From the NCBI RefSeq assembly GCF_009914755.1, contig NC_060941.1: a stretch of 64,000 nt of DNA; one strand, written 5' to 3'. Below the pieces are notes generated by a model. It had not been told where the DNA came from and did no database searches. It saw only the letters and a program-made list of their open reading frames with translations. A program made the translations under genes and the position numbers. The first letter of the stretch is position 1, and every line of letters starts with the position of its first letter. This document shows positions 12,840-26,709 of this stretch, in pieces. This DNA is from the human T2T-CHM13v2.0 reference genome, Homo sapiens.

Positions 12840-13265
12840 AAATATAACAAAAAACCTGTCTTTTGCTTAATTTCAAGATATTTATATGACACTTTGAAAT
12901 GTCAAACGTTTTCATTAAATCCTCTCACACTTGGGCTGACAAAGGGACACCGGGATCTTTGGGAGACACTTTAATCTCAATCAATTAGGAATAAAGTAGT
13001 CCTAGCAGTGTGGTGATAAAAGAACACTTTAATTTTAGAGCTAATTAAATATCAACAATTGGAATGCAGCAACACTTAACCTGCAGTAACCCATTATTTA
13101 TTAGGAATATAATGCATTGACTCTGGGTATGAAGTGAGTTGTAGTATTTTAATATCAGCTGTCACAGTCCAGCGGGTCCCTTTTGTTTCACTCCAGCATA
13201 GTCATTTCCCAGGCTCTGCTGGGATCACTCCAGCACCCTCACTCAACACAAGATTAATTAAGCTG
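12840..13265. promoter_or_regulatory. Candidate homeodomain-site-rich enhancer
   Basis: Non-repetitive, many TAAT/ATTA cores incl. CTAATTAA, TTAATTAA, CAATTA; CAGCTGTCA. Confidence 0.45.
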
Positions 13266-13271
13266 GAGATG

Positions 13272-13273
<2 letters not shown>

Positions 13274-13306
<33 letters not shown>
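13274..13306. repeat. (CA)n microsatellite
   Basis: Pure CA run. Confidence 0.98.
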
Positions 13307-13308
<2 letters not shown>

Positions 13309-13419
13309 TGGCCATGAGGGTGCCTTGCCCCAGGCAACACAACCCCGAGCTGGCAAGAGGGCAGCCTAGGCAAGTAACAGTTGATCCAGGCATGTCAGAA
13401 GCCTGAGTCTTGGAATGGA

Positions 13420-13700
13420 CAAATTAGGATGCTTTTGGCTGCAAGTAACAGAAAGAAAAAGACCCTGCCTAAAAGAACATTAACAATAAGGGTTTATTAT
13501 CTTACATAAAGAAAAGCTTGGGGACAGATAGGGTTGCAAAATTGGATAAATCTGAGGCTTGATGATATTGTCAGCTACTAGCAGCTCTCTTCTATCCACT
13601 CTGCCATCCTTCACAGGTGAGTGATGTCACTTGGTGGCAGCTGCAGCTCTCTCCCACATGCAGGGTGGGGTCTTGCAAACAGGAGGACGCTTCTCTCTGT
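13420..13700 (-). mobile_element. Old MLT1 (K/L-like) fragment
   Basis: ttaggatgcttttggctgcaagtaacagaaa. Confidence 0.55.
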
Positions 13701-13732
13701 GCATCTTTTACCCCTCATTCCTTTTTGTTACA

Positions 13733-14240
13733 TTTTTTAGTTTGTAATACATTTAGATGTAATTAAAAGCTGCAAACATAGCACACAGAGTTCCTGTATA
13801 CTCCCCATCTAGTTTCCCCTCTTATAAACTAAAAGGCAGGTTTTATTCGGATCTCACTAATTTTTCCACTTTCTTCCCTTTTTCTGATCCAGGGTCCCAC
13901 CCAGGATGCTGCATTGCAGTTAGTGGTCCCGTGTCCTCAGTCTCCTCTGGTCTATGATAATTTCTCAGTCTTTTCTCGGTTCTGACAATCTTGACACTTT
14001 TGAGAAGTGCCAGTTAGGGATTTACTAGAATGTACTATCACGTGGCTTTGTCTGATGTTTTTCTCACCGTTAACTGAGGTTATGAGCTGTTGGGGAAGGG
14101 ACCACAGAGGGGAAGTTGTCCCTCCTCATCACACTCTATCAGGGGGTACATGATAGCACACGACATTTCTAATGATGTTGGCCTTGGCCAACTGATCAGG
14201 ATAGGGTTTGCCAGATTTCTCCACTGTAGAGTTGCACTAC
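13733..14240 (-). mobile_element. L1MC-family 3' UTR fragment
   Basis: gtctcctctggtctatga...tttgtctgatgtttttctca...gccagatttctccactgta. Confidence 0.7.
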
Positions 14241-14699
14241 CGTCCTCTCTCCCTGCACCTTTTTATTGGTGAAAATAAAAATAAAAATAAAAATAAAAAT
14301 AAAAAACCCTTTCTTAAAGTCATCTAGCTCTTGTCCCCTTGACCCCATGTCCACGCCTAACCAAACACCAGCAAACTGAATCAAATAGGTTTTAACCCAC
14401 CATAATTCACACCCTGGGGCTGTGGGCGAGTGGGTGGGGTCATCATCACTGAACACACTTGCTCAAACAGAGCTCAGCTAAGTGAGAAGGAAAGAGGGGT
14501 GGAAAGGGGAATCAAACAGCAGACGGGCATCCCACAGTGCCGGCCCCTGAAAGTCATCTGCGTGAACATCACTAACCTGTCCCAGCAGCTTGCCCTATGC
14601 AGTACAAAAACTAATGAAGGGTAGCTACAGGCACCAACAGACATAAGCAAGTCACCAAGGAATAGCTCCAGGATAACACCACACCACATCCCAGTGACA

Positions 14700-14890
14700 G
14701 TGCCGGCTTGGGAGCCAGACTGCTTGGCTGGTTCAAATCCTGCTTCTATCCCCTGCCAGTGGTGTGACCTCGGGAGAGTTCGTTACGTTTCCCATACCTC
14801 AGTGTCTTCATCTTAAAAATGGGGATGATTATCATAAAGTACACATGAAGCTGAATAAACACATAGTAAGCCTGTGTAAGTGTTAGCTAT
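14700..14890 (+). mobile_element. MIR
   Basis: ggagccagactgc...ggttcaaatcctgc...cctcagtgtcttcatcttaaaaatggggat. Confidence 0.75.
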
Positions 14891-16006
14891 GATTCCATTT
14901 ATATTGAGCTCAATAATGTGCAAAAATAAACAACCTGTTGTTAGGAACACAATCGTGCATGGTAAAACTATATCGAGGAGTGTGAATGCTATACCCAGAA
15001 GTCAGCACAGGGCTTCTCTGTTAGGGGAGAACTGAAAGGAAGACAGATACCCGGGGTCCTCCCAGCTCCTATAATCATCTGTTTCATAAGTGGGGCTCAC
15101 GGGAACTCACTGTATTAATTTTTCTAACTTACATACACATGGCTCATTGTTTCCACAGGTGAGAATTATTTCATAATAAAAGTAACCTGTCAGGCTCCTC
15201 TGTGCCCTGTCTTCAGAGGTGAGGTGGAGCTCCCTGGAGCCAGAGGCAAGCTGGACTGCTGGTTGGTAGCTGCAGGATACAAACCTTCCGCTGACGATCC
15301 ACAGAGATAACCTGCCCTCTGGGTGCTGGAGTCGGAGTCAGGCCCACGTAGGTCCAACTCCGTCATTTTTCAGCAGTGTGACCTTGATCAAGTTACTTCT
15401 CCTGGTCTCACTGTTTTTAGCAGTAAAATGGAAATGCAGAGGTTTTAACCCTCCAACTAATCAGGGTTTGGAGGAGGATCTAGAAGCAAGGTCAATGAAG
15501 ATGTTACCTCTTGAGTCATTGTGTTTAAAGCCTCCGGCAATAAGCTCGTGGGCTGGCTACTCCAGACCTCCCTGGTATCCCTATTTCACCATGCAAAGGT
15601 CTAGTTCCCTCCCCTCCCCTAACAGCCATAAGTTTGCCCTTGGATCTATGGCTCTGACATCTGGTCTCCATCAGCATTTGCAGTTTCCATTTCTTGGTCT
15701 TTGCTCCTGGTGTGACTTCCCCTGACCTACTCTGATGGCTGGTCAGCGAGCTAGATGATCATTCATTTCTAGAATGGTCTGCCAGACTCCAGACCCCTGT
15801 TCATCTCTGGAAATGCTAAAGCACTGAAGGAGTAGAAAGAATTGAAACATATGGCTCACTTCTTACTAGATGTAAGATTTTGGACACGTCCCCATCTGTT
15901 CAACGAAGATGACAGTCACTATCTTGCAAGAATTTTTGTAAAGATGGCATGAAATAATGGATGCGGAGTATTTAAAGAACCTGGAGCAGCATGATACATT
16001 ACATAC

Positions 16007-16229
16007 CTGATGGTTATTAGGTAGGCAATAAACAGGAGTAATAATTACTACAATATCCAGCAAATATAGTTTACACTTAAAAAGAATTGGCTGCATTTTT
16101 CTTTCACTTTTTTCCATTGATTTTTACAAGTAAATGTAATCAAGGTCGTTGGCTGATATCACAGTTTGCGTCGCTAATTTGCTGGAAGCCTTCTGACCAT
16201 GTACCTAGACCTTGATCTGTGATTTACTG
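16007..16229 (-). other. Candidate non-coding internal exon
   Basis: Minus strand: long pyrimidine tract + ctacAG| acceptor at 16230/16229; CAG|GTATGT donor at 16007/16006. Confidence 0.35.
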
Positions 16230-16923
16230 CTGTAGAAATGGTAACAGAGAAAAAGAAAGAGGGAAGAGGTGACAGTCTACTTTTAAAATTTCAGGATAAA
16301 GAAAATAGCTGGTCTGGCATCAAAATGAAGGTTGTCATGATGGCTGATTCTCACAGCAAAATACGTGCCTTCTTAAGGGAAGAGAGAAACATGTTTAACT
16401 CAATCCTGTTCTCTGCTCTCATCAGAGAACAGGGCACTGGCTCTGGAATGGATAGTATAAGCAAATGTGGATATGGGGCATAAAATAAATGTTAGGATTG
16501 CACCTTTAGAGACTATTTATTCCATCTCCCTACTTAGAGGAAAAACTTTGCCTAAATAAAGTATGGCTACGAGGTTCCTTTTCAAGACCAGCCTTGACTT
16601 GGAGAGTAATTGACAGGAACACTGCATTAAGAAGGATTCTGCTGCACATTCCCGGCTAAGCTGGAAAGATGGCATGATGGGTGGTTATGTCTACTCTGGG
16701 TGCAGGAGGAGAGTCATGGCTGCATTTATGGGTCTATGATCAGTTTTCCATGGCCTTGAACCTTTCCTGGTTCTCTTAGTTAGAATTTGGAAACATGGTC
16801 AAGCCACATGGTCACCAGTCAGCTGGGTACGACGTAACAGCTGCAGGCATCAGACAGGACAGGCTAACGTTGAAAATCAGGCAGCTCTGGAAGAGCTCCA
16901 AACCCATATTAACCTCTTTATAA

Positions 16924-17287
<364 letters not shown>

Positions 17288-17497
17288 ACCATGTGTGATT
17301 TTGAGGGGAAATTCTATTGCCCCTTCCCCATGCTCAGCTATTACCTAACCCTTTCATGTGCCTACAGGGATTCATTTCTGCTTCTTGTGTCTGCTGTTGT
17401 GCTCAGAACCAAACTTCCACCCACGGGGGTTCAGGGTCAAGGACTTGGAGTTGCAGGCCTTGTTTTATTTACTAGCTCTCCAATTTTGGGCCTCTTA

Positions 17498-17871
<374 letters not shown>

Positions 17872-17885
17872 CTACCTACCTCATA

Positions 17886-18010
17886 GATAGAACGACCACC
17901 TAATTTATTGTCCAAACTGGGACACTTATAAAAATTCTTCATAATTACATCAGGAGAAAGGCATCATTGGGAATAATCCCACAAAAATCTCAGTGCGTGG
18001 TGTCACCCTC
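17886..18010 (+). mobile_element. MER81-like hAT-Blackjack MITE
   Basis: gaccacctaatttattgtccaaactgggacact...gtcaccct. Confidence 0.6.
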
Positions 18011-18213
18011 CAAATGGGGACGTTGTACAGATGCAAGCAGGAAACGTAGATACGTTCCTGGAACAGACGGCAGGAGCATGTGGGCTGTTCCTGGCTTTTC
18101 TTGTCTACACAGAACTTTCTACTATAATTGTCCCCCTCTCTTTGGCGTCATTGTTGTCTTCCTCTCTCCTGGGCCATTTCACCAACCCATAAACACGCAT
18201 TAATAGCTCCCTC

Positions 18214-18510
18214 TTTTTTTTTTTTTGAGATGGAGTCTTGCTCTGTTGCCCAGGCTGGAGTGTAGTGGTGTGATCCTAGCTCACTGCAACCTCCGCCTCC
18301 TGGGTTCAAGCAGTTCTCCTGCCTCAGTCTCCTGAGTAGCTGGGACTACTTAGAGCCCACCACCACATCTGGCTAATTTTTTTTGTATTTTTAGTAGAGA
18401 CAGGGTTTCACCATATTGGTCAGGCTGGTCTTGAACTCCTGACCTCGTGATCTGCCTGCCTCAGCCTCCCAAAGTGCTGGGATTACAGGAGTGAGCCACC
18501 GTGCCCCGCC
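18214..18510 (-). mobile_element. AluS (Sg/Sc-like) with TSD
   Basis: Antisense dimer with gacctcgtgatc; agctccctcttt at 18205-18216 and 18512-18523. Confidence 0.95.
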
Positions 18511-18529
18511 CAGCTCCCTCTTTAAAAAT

Positions 18530-19110
18530 AAGAAAAACAATCTCTTCCCAGCCCTCTCCCCTCTCTGGCCAGTACCCCATCTTTCTGCTCCTCTATAGAA
18601 AAACTCCTCCAAAACTGCCTATGTGCTCCAGCTCCATTTCCCTTCTCCAAGGGCTTCTTCTTGACTCAGTGATAGCCGAAGACCTTCCATGGCCTCTACA
18701 CTCTGCGCGACCTGTCCCCTGCTGATTTCTGTACCTCCTCTCCCACTGCCTCCAGACGACCCACTCTTTTCCCATGTTCCTCAGACACACCAAGCTCTTC
18801 CCAAACTCGCGGCCTTCGCATTGACCGTTCCCTCTGCCTGGAACACCTTTCCTTATGTTTTTGCATGATCACTCCTTTGCTTTCCTCAGGTCTTGGCTCT
18901 AGCCCCTTCCCTGCCTGGTTTCTTCCTAATACTTCTGCATCCTGAAATTAGATCATATGTTATTTGGATGCAGTGGGATGTTTGGTCTCCCTTTCTGGAA
19001 GGTAATTTTCAGGGTCAGGGACTTGTTTGCTCACGACTGTGTCCTCCAAGACCAGAACGGTGCCTGGCATGTGGTAGGTGCCCAAACAGCACTTCCTGAA
19101 TGAATGAAAT
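18530..19110 (+). mobile_element. L2 3' region
   Basis: gttccctctgcctggaacacc...gtgcctggcatgtggtaggtgccc...tgaatgaatgaa. Confidence 0.75.
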
Positions 19111-19996
19111 GATACGTAATTTTATAGTTTACGATTATTCACAGTATACACTAACATCATTAGCAATAGTGTATGGAGTTAACTGGCCAGGATAGCCAAG
19201 CACATTGGAGGTTTTTTTTTGAGTTGACTCCTCCTCCCCCTAACCTATCCCTTTTGCCAGACTGCATGTTTCAGGAGGGCAGTTGTTCCCCGACCTGGGA
19301 GGTGCTTCAGCCCACAGTTTTCCAGATGGGCTCATTGCATTTCCTGGGTTCCAAGCTCCTCAGATGTGATTACCACCAGCAGGAGCGCCAACACAGCCCG
19401 CGAGCCCTGCCCGTCCATCAGGGATGGGAGGCAGGCAGTCCCTGTTGTCCTTCCTCTCACCCTCTGCCCTCTCAGGCTTCCACTGAGCATTAATCACACA
19501 GCCTGAAGGAATGCCTGAAGCAAAGTCCAGTTCAGAGGAGGCCCGCTGGCCTGAAAGAGGAATGGACGAGAATACAGGGAAACCTGCCAGCCTCCACCCA
19601 CAGGCCTGGTCTAGCTGGCTCCAGGTTCATGGAGCCCCTCTCCAGTCTCCAGGAATGGGTGCTGCAAGAGCTGAGATCTTAGTCCATCACTCTCCGGCCA
19701 AAAAAGGCTGAGTTCTGGCAGGTAAGGCTGCTGCTGAACAGTTAAGATAACTATGCTTCCTGTACACCACCCTGCATGGCCTGGGTCCTCCGCACCTTCC
19801 CCTCTCACCATCCAGCATTGAGGTGCACCAGGCCAGCTGGTTGACCTCTTCTCTCCCCCTAGTACACTGTGCTCCTTGTCCTGACCCATTTGGGGCCTTT
19901 TAAGGCCCCCCATTGTCGCAGAACTTCAGGAATAAAGCTGGATTGGGCACCCGGTCTGTCTCTTTCTGGTTCTGTAATTGAACAGGCTGTTTAATC

Positions 19997-20219
19997 CAGG
20001 GATCGGCAAACATACTCTGCCAAGAGCTGGACAGTAAGTCCTTTAGGCTTTATGGACCACATAGTCTCAGTCATAGCTACTCAACTCTGCCCTTGTAGCT
20101 CAAACACAGCCATGGACTATCTATAAAGGAGTGGGTGTTGCTGTATGCCAATAAAACTTTATTGACACGAACAGGAGGTGGGCCACATTTAGCCCATGGA
20201 CCATAGGTTGCTGACCCTG
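19997..20219 (+). mobile_element. MER58A (hAT-Charlie)
   Basis: cagggatcggcaaac...ctactcaactctgccc...ccaataaaactttatt...gttgctgaccctg. Confidence 0.88.
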
Positions 20220-20379
20220 ATTTACCCTTCTGACCCAGTTTCCTCACCTATAATATAGGGACAATAATGCCTTAACATGACCACTGAGAGTTGATACAAA
20301 CAAAAGTACTTACAACTGCACAATCATGTTGGGTTTTTGTGTTTTATGGCAATCCCTCACCTTGCATCCTTGCCCAGAG

Positions 20380-21720
20380 GAGCGGGGCAGGCCCCAGCAG
20401 TGCCTCGCTGAGTGCTGTGGCCAAGCACATCACTTTGACTTCGTGGCTGGGAGACTGCGAACCTCAGACTACCTGCGTTATGATTTATTTCAGCGTGACT
20501 AGTATACATCTTGGTTCTGCAGCGAGTGGAGGGAATGAGGAGGGCCTTTCAAGGGAGGCGGGATTGCATTCGCACCTGATTACGCTGCGCGGACACAACA
20601 GAGGCGCCCGGACCCGCAGCCCTGCCTTCGCCGCCTTTGCTGGGCTGTTTGCGCTTCGTTTCCTTCTCGCCGCCCCATGGCGCGCTTTCTCTCTTCTTTA
20701 TTTCGCCGGTTCTCCCCGCTCCTAACCTGCTTAACAACTTACCTCGCTCTCCCGCTTGCTCTCCCCCCGCCCCCCATCTCCACTGGTTCCCGAGCTTCTC
20801 TTCATGTCCCTAATGGCGTGGCTGCGCCAGCATTTAATAAAAGCTGCTGACCGGGAAATCCGAGCTAACTGAATTACTTCCTCATTAAAGAGGCGGGCAG
20901 ATTCTTGGGCCCCGCGTGCAGCCACCCTCGCTGCCTCCCTCCCCGCCCCGCTCCGCCCTGCTGGTCCCGCCTGCCGTCCGCAATTAGGCGGCAGATGCTT
21001 GCCGCCCGGTGGTGGCCTGGGTTCTGCAGGGACTGAGGGGGCTCGTCGGCTTCTCTCCAGGGTGGATCCCAGCTCTGCTTCCTTTTCCTTCCTTCTCAGA
21101 CCGTCAGTTTCTCAGCCAGGGAGCTCCAGGCCAGCTGGAGATCAGGAGAAGAGAGGTGGCCTGCTCAAGGTCACCCGAGCCTCCTCCTACCCGAGTTCCA
21201 ACGGAGACCGCTGGCTTTGGCCTGGGCAGGGGAGCTGGTGATTCCTAAGATCTTCCTTTGGCTTCAGAGAAGTTGGCTTCCTGGCAAGGCTTCCAGGAGA
21301 TTCCCACAAGCCAACTGGAGTCCCCCGAGAAAAAGGAAAGAGGGGTTGGACTCCAAGGATCCATCCGGCGCCTCCTTTCCACCTCCCGGCTCTGTGTCTG
21401 TCACCGGACCAGGGCCTCTGATTCCCCGTGTGCCCCCATTGGGTCTTCCGGGGCTGTGCCAGAGGCCTCCTGTCTGGCCAGTACCCCAGGGCGCCACATC
21501 CCCAGGCCGGCCTGCCGGCCTCTCCCCTCGGAGTTCCCACCTGCTTCTCTTAGCGAGAGCTTCCCGCGTCGAGGGCTGGCTCAGTGCCAGGCAGCTGGTA
21601 AGTGCTTTACAGGTGTTGTTGCGGAGAAAACCAGAAACCGTTATTTTAAAAGCTGGCCATACTCTGAGCCTTTTACTCGCAGGCAATGGAAGATTTACTC
21701 GTTCTTTTGTTTAAGAAAAC
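20380..21720. promoter_or_regulatory. Orphan CpG island / candidate bidirectional promoter-enhancer
   Basis: GC-rich, CpGs retained unlike flanks, no repeats; clustered CCGCCC GC boxes at 20941-20970; outward-facing GTAAGT donors at 20742 (-) and 21598 (+). Confidence 0.75.
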
Positions 21721-22801
21721 ACCTTAATGGGCCTGTTGGCCTCTGGGTACCGTCTAGATGGGAGAAGATTGAGACAAAGAAACATTGGCCTGTTCTGCAT
21801 CATAAAGTAAAGGGAAGTTTAGGTTCCCTAAGCTAGGGAGGAGTGGAAGGGGGCGGGGACAGGGAAAGGAACCTTGCCAGGCGGATAAAGAGGGAAGAAA
21901 ACAGGCTGGTTACAGCTTAGGGAGCCTGGATGCTGCGGTCAAACACAGCCTGGAAAAAACACCTTAGACCCTGAAACTGCCACCACCCCTACGGAATCAG
22001 GCGAGACGCTGGCCAAAGCTGGATATCCTACATCATTGTAACCCAAGTTTCTTGTCTTGGAATGAAGTTCGTGCAAGAAGAAGCCCCTTTCCGGGACTTG
22101 GAATCCTAAACCAGTGCCACTTGGTAACTCTTCACTCTGTCTTTGTTCTCCAGACCTCCCGGTGAAGTGGTTCCGGCCTGTGGTTCTTGGAGATCCAGCT
22201 GGTGCTGCTGTTTGATTATAATGCAGTAGTTTGAATTCATGGATGAATGTCCTCTGCATTGTCTCATGCGAAAGGTTCCCAGTAATCTTGTTTAGGAAGG
22301 ACTGGTGAATGAATTTTGCTTGGAGGACCCCAGGCTTGGGATGTGGTAGCTACTGCCACAGCCTCTACTCTTCTGGCTATCCAGTTAAGGTTAGGCCTTC
22401 ACAGGAGGGGGCTGTGTGTCTCTGGGACACCTGTTGACCTAAGTGCTGTCCCTCCTATGGCTGGCTGAGAAAAGACCCAGCTTTCTGGGGGTCTCTCTGT
22501 CAGCACAAGGCCTGGCTCTTCATCCCCGCTGCCACACCCTCTTCCCTGGTGCTGAGACCTGTTGGGAGTTTGGGAAATCGTAGCCTTGGCTGTTTACCCA
22601 GGAACCTTCTCTTTTTCTCAGTGGGTTGCAGGAGAACAGAAAGGGAGGTCAAAGCGTGCTTGCTTGTGTCTGCAGGGGAAGACTCGTTCATGTAGAGGAG
22701 TAAAGCCTACCCCAGTGCCAACTCTGAGACTTGGGAAAAATCACCGTTTTATCAGAGTTTATACCAAGGCACTATGAAATTCACAGATGGCTTTGCTCTC
22801 C

Positions 22802-23140
22802 TGTCTTAGTGTGGTTCTCTCCAAAGGAGACCCTGGGACAAGGACTTGGTTGCAGGTAGCTTATTTGGAGAGGGATACCAAGAAGCTGGGGACCCACTCA
22901 GGAATCATGGAGAACATGCTTTGAGACTGTCCCCCTCCAAAGGATGGGGGAGCTGAAGCCTTTATCCTCAGACTTGCCCTGCCTTGGCGGAGGGTTATTA
23001 AATTCACAGTATTGAATTCCCAGCACTTTAGGGTGCTCAGTGCATAGGTTGCACAGGCTGTGCAAGCTCTTAAGGCACTGGGGAATGATCAGAAGCAAAA
23101 CATCAGAGAACCCCAGGTGCTTGAGGTAGAAGGCTGCCAG
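22802..23140 (-). mobile_element. LTR16-like ERVL LTR
   Basis: tgtcttagtgtggttctctcc...gaccctgggacaagga...gcttatttgg. Confidence 0.55.
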
Positions 23141-23153
23141 CACAGACAGGTAC

Positions 23154-23194
23154 AGGTGGGAAGATTGCTTGAACCCAGGAGGTTGAGGCTACAG
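23154..23194 (+). mobile_element. 41-bp internal Alu fragment without poly(A)
   Basis: aggtgggaagattgcttgaacccaggaggttgaggctacag; overlapped by direct repeat acaggtacaggtgg at 23146-23159 and 23191-23204. Confidence 0.85.
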
Positions 23195-23346
23195 GTACAG
23201 GTGGACAGAGAGGTTATGAAAAGTGTTTGCTATAACCCCCAACCCTAAAAGCCCCAGAGCAAATTTCAGAAAGAAATTCAAGTCCTCTAGGGCTGCTGGT
23301 AGGGGTGCAAATGAGTTGGGAGAGTGAGTTCCTCATGCCTTCCTTA

Positions 23347-23823
<477 letters not shown>

Positions 23824-23859
23824 CTAGACCCATGATGAATTTAGGAAAATTTGGGATAG

Positions 23860-24995
23860 ATATGACAAAAGAGTTTATAGCCATAATATATAAAGCCGTG
23901 CCATATTCAATAAGAAAGCAATCACAAGCTGACAGAGAAAACAGTCAAATTATACCAACAGGCAGTTCACCAAAAAATACATGCATATTGCCAATAAATA
24001 ACTAAAACTATTTCTATCTCATTTGTAATAAAACATAATTTCAGACAAGGTATTATTCTTTCCCCATCAGATTGGCAAAAAGTTTACAAGATTGATACCA
24101 GCCAGGGTTGGTGAGGGTGTGGGGAGAGAGACATTCTCAGGCTGTCCACTCTTTTCAGAGACGAGTTTGGCAATATGCATTAAACATGAAGGGTGGGCAT
24201 GAACCTTGACCAGTTCCACTGCTAGGCATGTACCCCACAGAAATATCAGTATCACCATATATGCACAAAGATGTTACATACAAAGAAGTTCCTTTCAGTT
24301 ATACTAACAAAATTCGAGCCAGTCTAAGTGTCTATGAGGGATGTAGTTAAAGTACAGCACATCCAGGCCAGGCATGGTGGCTCACACCTGTAATCCCAGC
24401 ACTTTGAGAAGCCAAGGCAAGAGGATCACTTTAAGCCCAGGAGTTTGAGATCAGCCTGGACAATGTAGTGAGACCTTCTCTATCAAAAAAAAAAAAAAAA
24501 ATCAGCCAGGTGTGGTGGTGCACACTTGTAGGCTCAGCTACTTGGAAGGCTGAGGTGGGAGGATTGCTTGAACCCAGGAGGTTGAGGCTGCAGTGAACTG
24601 TGATCATGCTACTGCACACCAGCCTGGATGACAGAGTAAGACCCTATCTCAAAAATAAATAAATAAATAGCATGTACATACCCTGGAATACTATACAGCT
24701 ATTAAAAAGAATGAGAGAGACTTGTCAGAGGTCCTTTAAGTAATAGAGGAAGGTCTCCGAACACTATTTTATTATTCTATTTTTGTAAAATAAATAACTA
24801 TATCTACAGTTTGTATGTGTGTGCATTGAAAATGATCTGGCAGGTTCCACAGCAAATTGTTAATGATGGTGACCTCTAGGGAATGAGATCAGAGTGGGGA
24901 CAAGCAGGGGAGGTGGTAGGAGGCAGTGGTGCAGTGAAGTGGAATGTTTTTCTATACTCTTACTTGGTTTGTTATCTTTATGATGAGCAATTTAA
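23860..24995 (+). mobile_element. L1ME-type 3' relic interrupted by Alu
   Basis: catcagattggcaaaa, gaccagttccactgctagg, ggaatactatacagctattaaaaagaatga. Confidence 0.7.
24366..24668 (+). mobile_element. AluJ
   Basis: Full dimer with ggattgcttg/gaggctgcagtga J-type motifs. Confidence 0.94.
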
Positions 24996-25244
24996 TGAAA
25001 ACCAATCAAATCTGAAACACGGGGAATAGGTAGAATTGAAAAGGATTTTAGCAACTCTCAGTTCCTGCTTTACTTTCCTGGGTCTTCATAGGACAACTCC
25101 AGGCTCATTTCATAAATGGAAAGTTGGGCATCAGAGACATAGTGTGAACCCCTGCCCCCCTCTAGTTACACAGATTCTAGGGCCCAGGCTGACTGCTTTC
25201 AGGCTGATCTCTGGAATGGCTTTTAATGTATAAGTAAGGGAGAT

Positions 25245-25672
25245 GTATCAGTTAGCTATTGCTGTATGCCAAACATCCCAAGTCTCAGTGGCTTAAAACA
25301 AGCATTTATTATTGATCATGCGTCTACAGGACAACTGGACTGGGTTCGACTGATCTCATGTGGAATTACTAAGGCGTTTGTGATCAGCTCGTGAGCTGGC
25401 CCATGGTGGGCTGGCCCAGGATCTGGGCTTTGACGCCTTGGCTCCCCTTCAGGTGCCTCTCGCATCACTCTAGCAGGCTCGCCTAGGCATGTTCTCATAG
25501 TGGGAGCATAGGTGTGTGGTGGAAATGCACAAGCACTTTTTCAAGTTGTGCTTGAGTCAAAGTTACGACCATGGACCAAAGCAACCTCCTGGGGAGTGTG
25601 GGAGGTCATGACTTCAGGGCCTGGATAGAGGGAAGCCATTCGCAAGGCCACAAACGCAATCAGTCTCCTACA
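25245..25672 (-). mobile_element. MLT1H/I-like LTR
   Basis: tgtatcagttagctattgctg...ctcagtggcttaaaacaagcatttatt. Confidence 0.65.
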
Positions 25673-26709
25673 AAGACCAGCTCAGGACCTGCAGCAGTCA
25701 GAAGGGATTGGAGGTGTCCCCTCCCCAAAGCTTTGGAAGCCTTGCTGCCAGAGTCCAAGTTCTGAGTCGGTGCTGGTCACTGCAGCCTGGGGATAAAGAA
25801 GCCCAGTCTTTCCGCTGCAGGAATGGCCCCCACGGGAAGGCAAGCCATCTCCAGCTGTGATTAGTTGGAGATCAGCAGTATCCAGCCAGCCTCCCAATCT
25901 CACCTGGGGTCCCGGCGACGGGGGGCCTGAGGATGAAAGGATGGTGGGTAGTGGGCAAGGGAGGAGGGAGGAGTTAAATAAAACACCAGAGCAAGCCCCA
26001 GAGGTGTGAATTTGCCCTTGGTCTTCATCTAACAGGGCTGTCTGCCTCCCCTCCTTTTTTCTCCCATGTCCTCCACCCACACCTGCCTCTGAATGTGGTG
26101 AGCCAGGAACTGATTGCACAGAAACTTCTCATTTTTAGTTTTACCTCAGGTGGTTGCAAATCTCCTTCCTGCTCAGAGATGGGGACTGAGCCTGCCCCTT
26201 GGCATCCTGGTCCTGCTGCCTGCCCCCTCCGTGGCCCCAGCCCCAGCCCCCAGCCTGGACCCCATGCTCCTCCTCAGCACTCTGTCACTGACAGCGCCTT
26301 CGCAGGCTACAGGGACTCTGGTGTGGAGTGATAGATTCTGCCTTTTCCTGCTTTCAGGAAATATTGCCATTCGCTTCGCATTTATCCTGCCCCTCATCAC
26401 CACATGGAGGCCGAGGCTGAGGCGGGCTCGTAGTCATCTATTATCTGCCTCTGTTGGAGGAGGAGGACAGGCTTGCACCGGGAGTGCCAGGAGGTGGGCT
26501 GGGGCTGGGGAGATGGAGCTCTCATTCAATAAGCCACAAATATTTATTGGGAGTCGGCTGTGCACATAGAAGTGCAGGTACTGAAAGGAGAGAGAAAAAC
26601 GGTGCCACAGGGCCAGGGGACACACCCTCCTACCAGACTCACAATGGGGCAAGAGAGGTGGGACATTAGCTGTTAGAGGCTGAAACCGCAAACACCCCTG
26701 TGGAAGTAA

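Noticed and set aside
20999-21836. Overlapping 80-192 aa ORFs in the CpG island
   Set aside because: Expected from stop-codon scarcity in GC-rich DNA; no recognisable domain, several rely on non-ATG starts, and both strands are equally open
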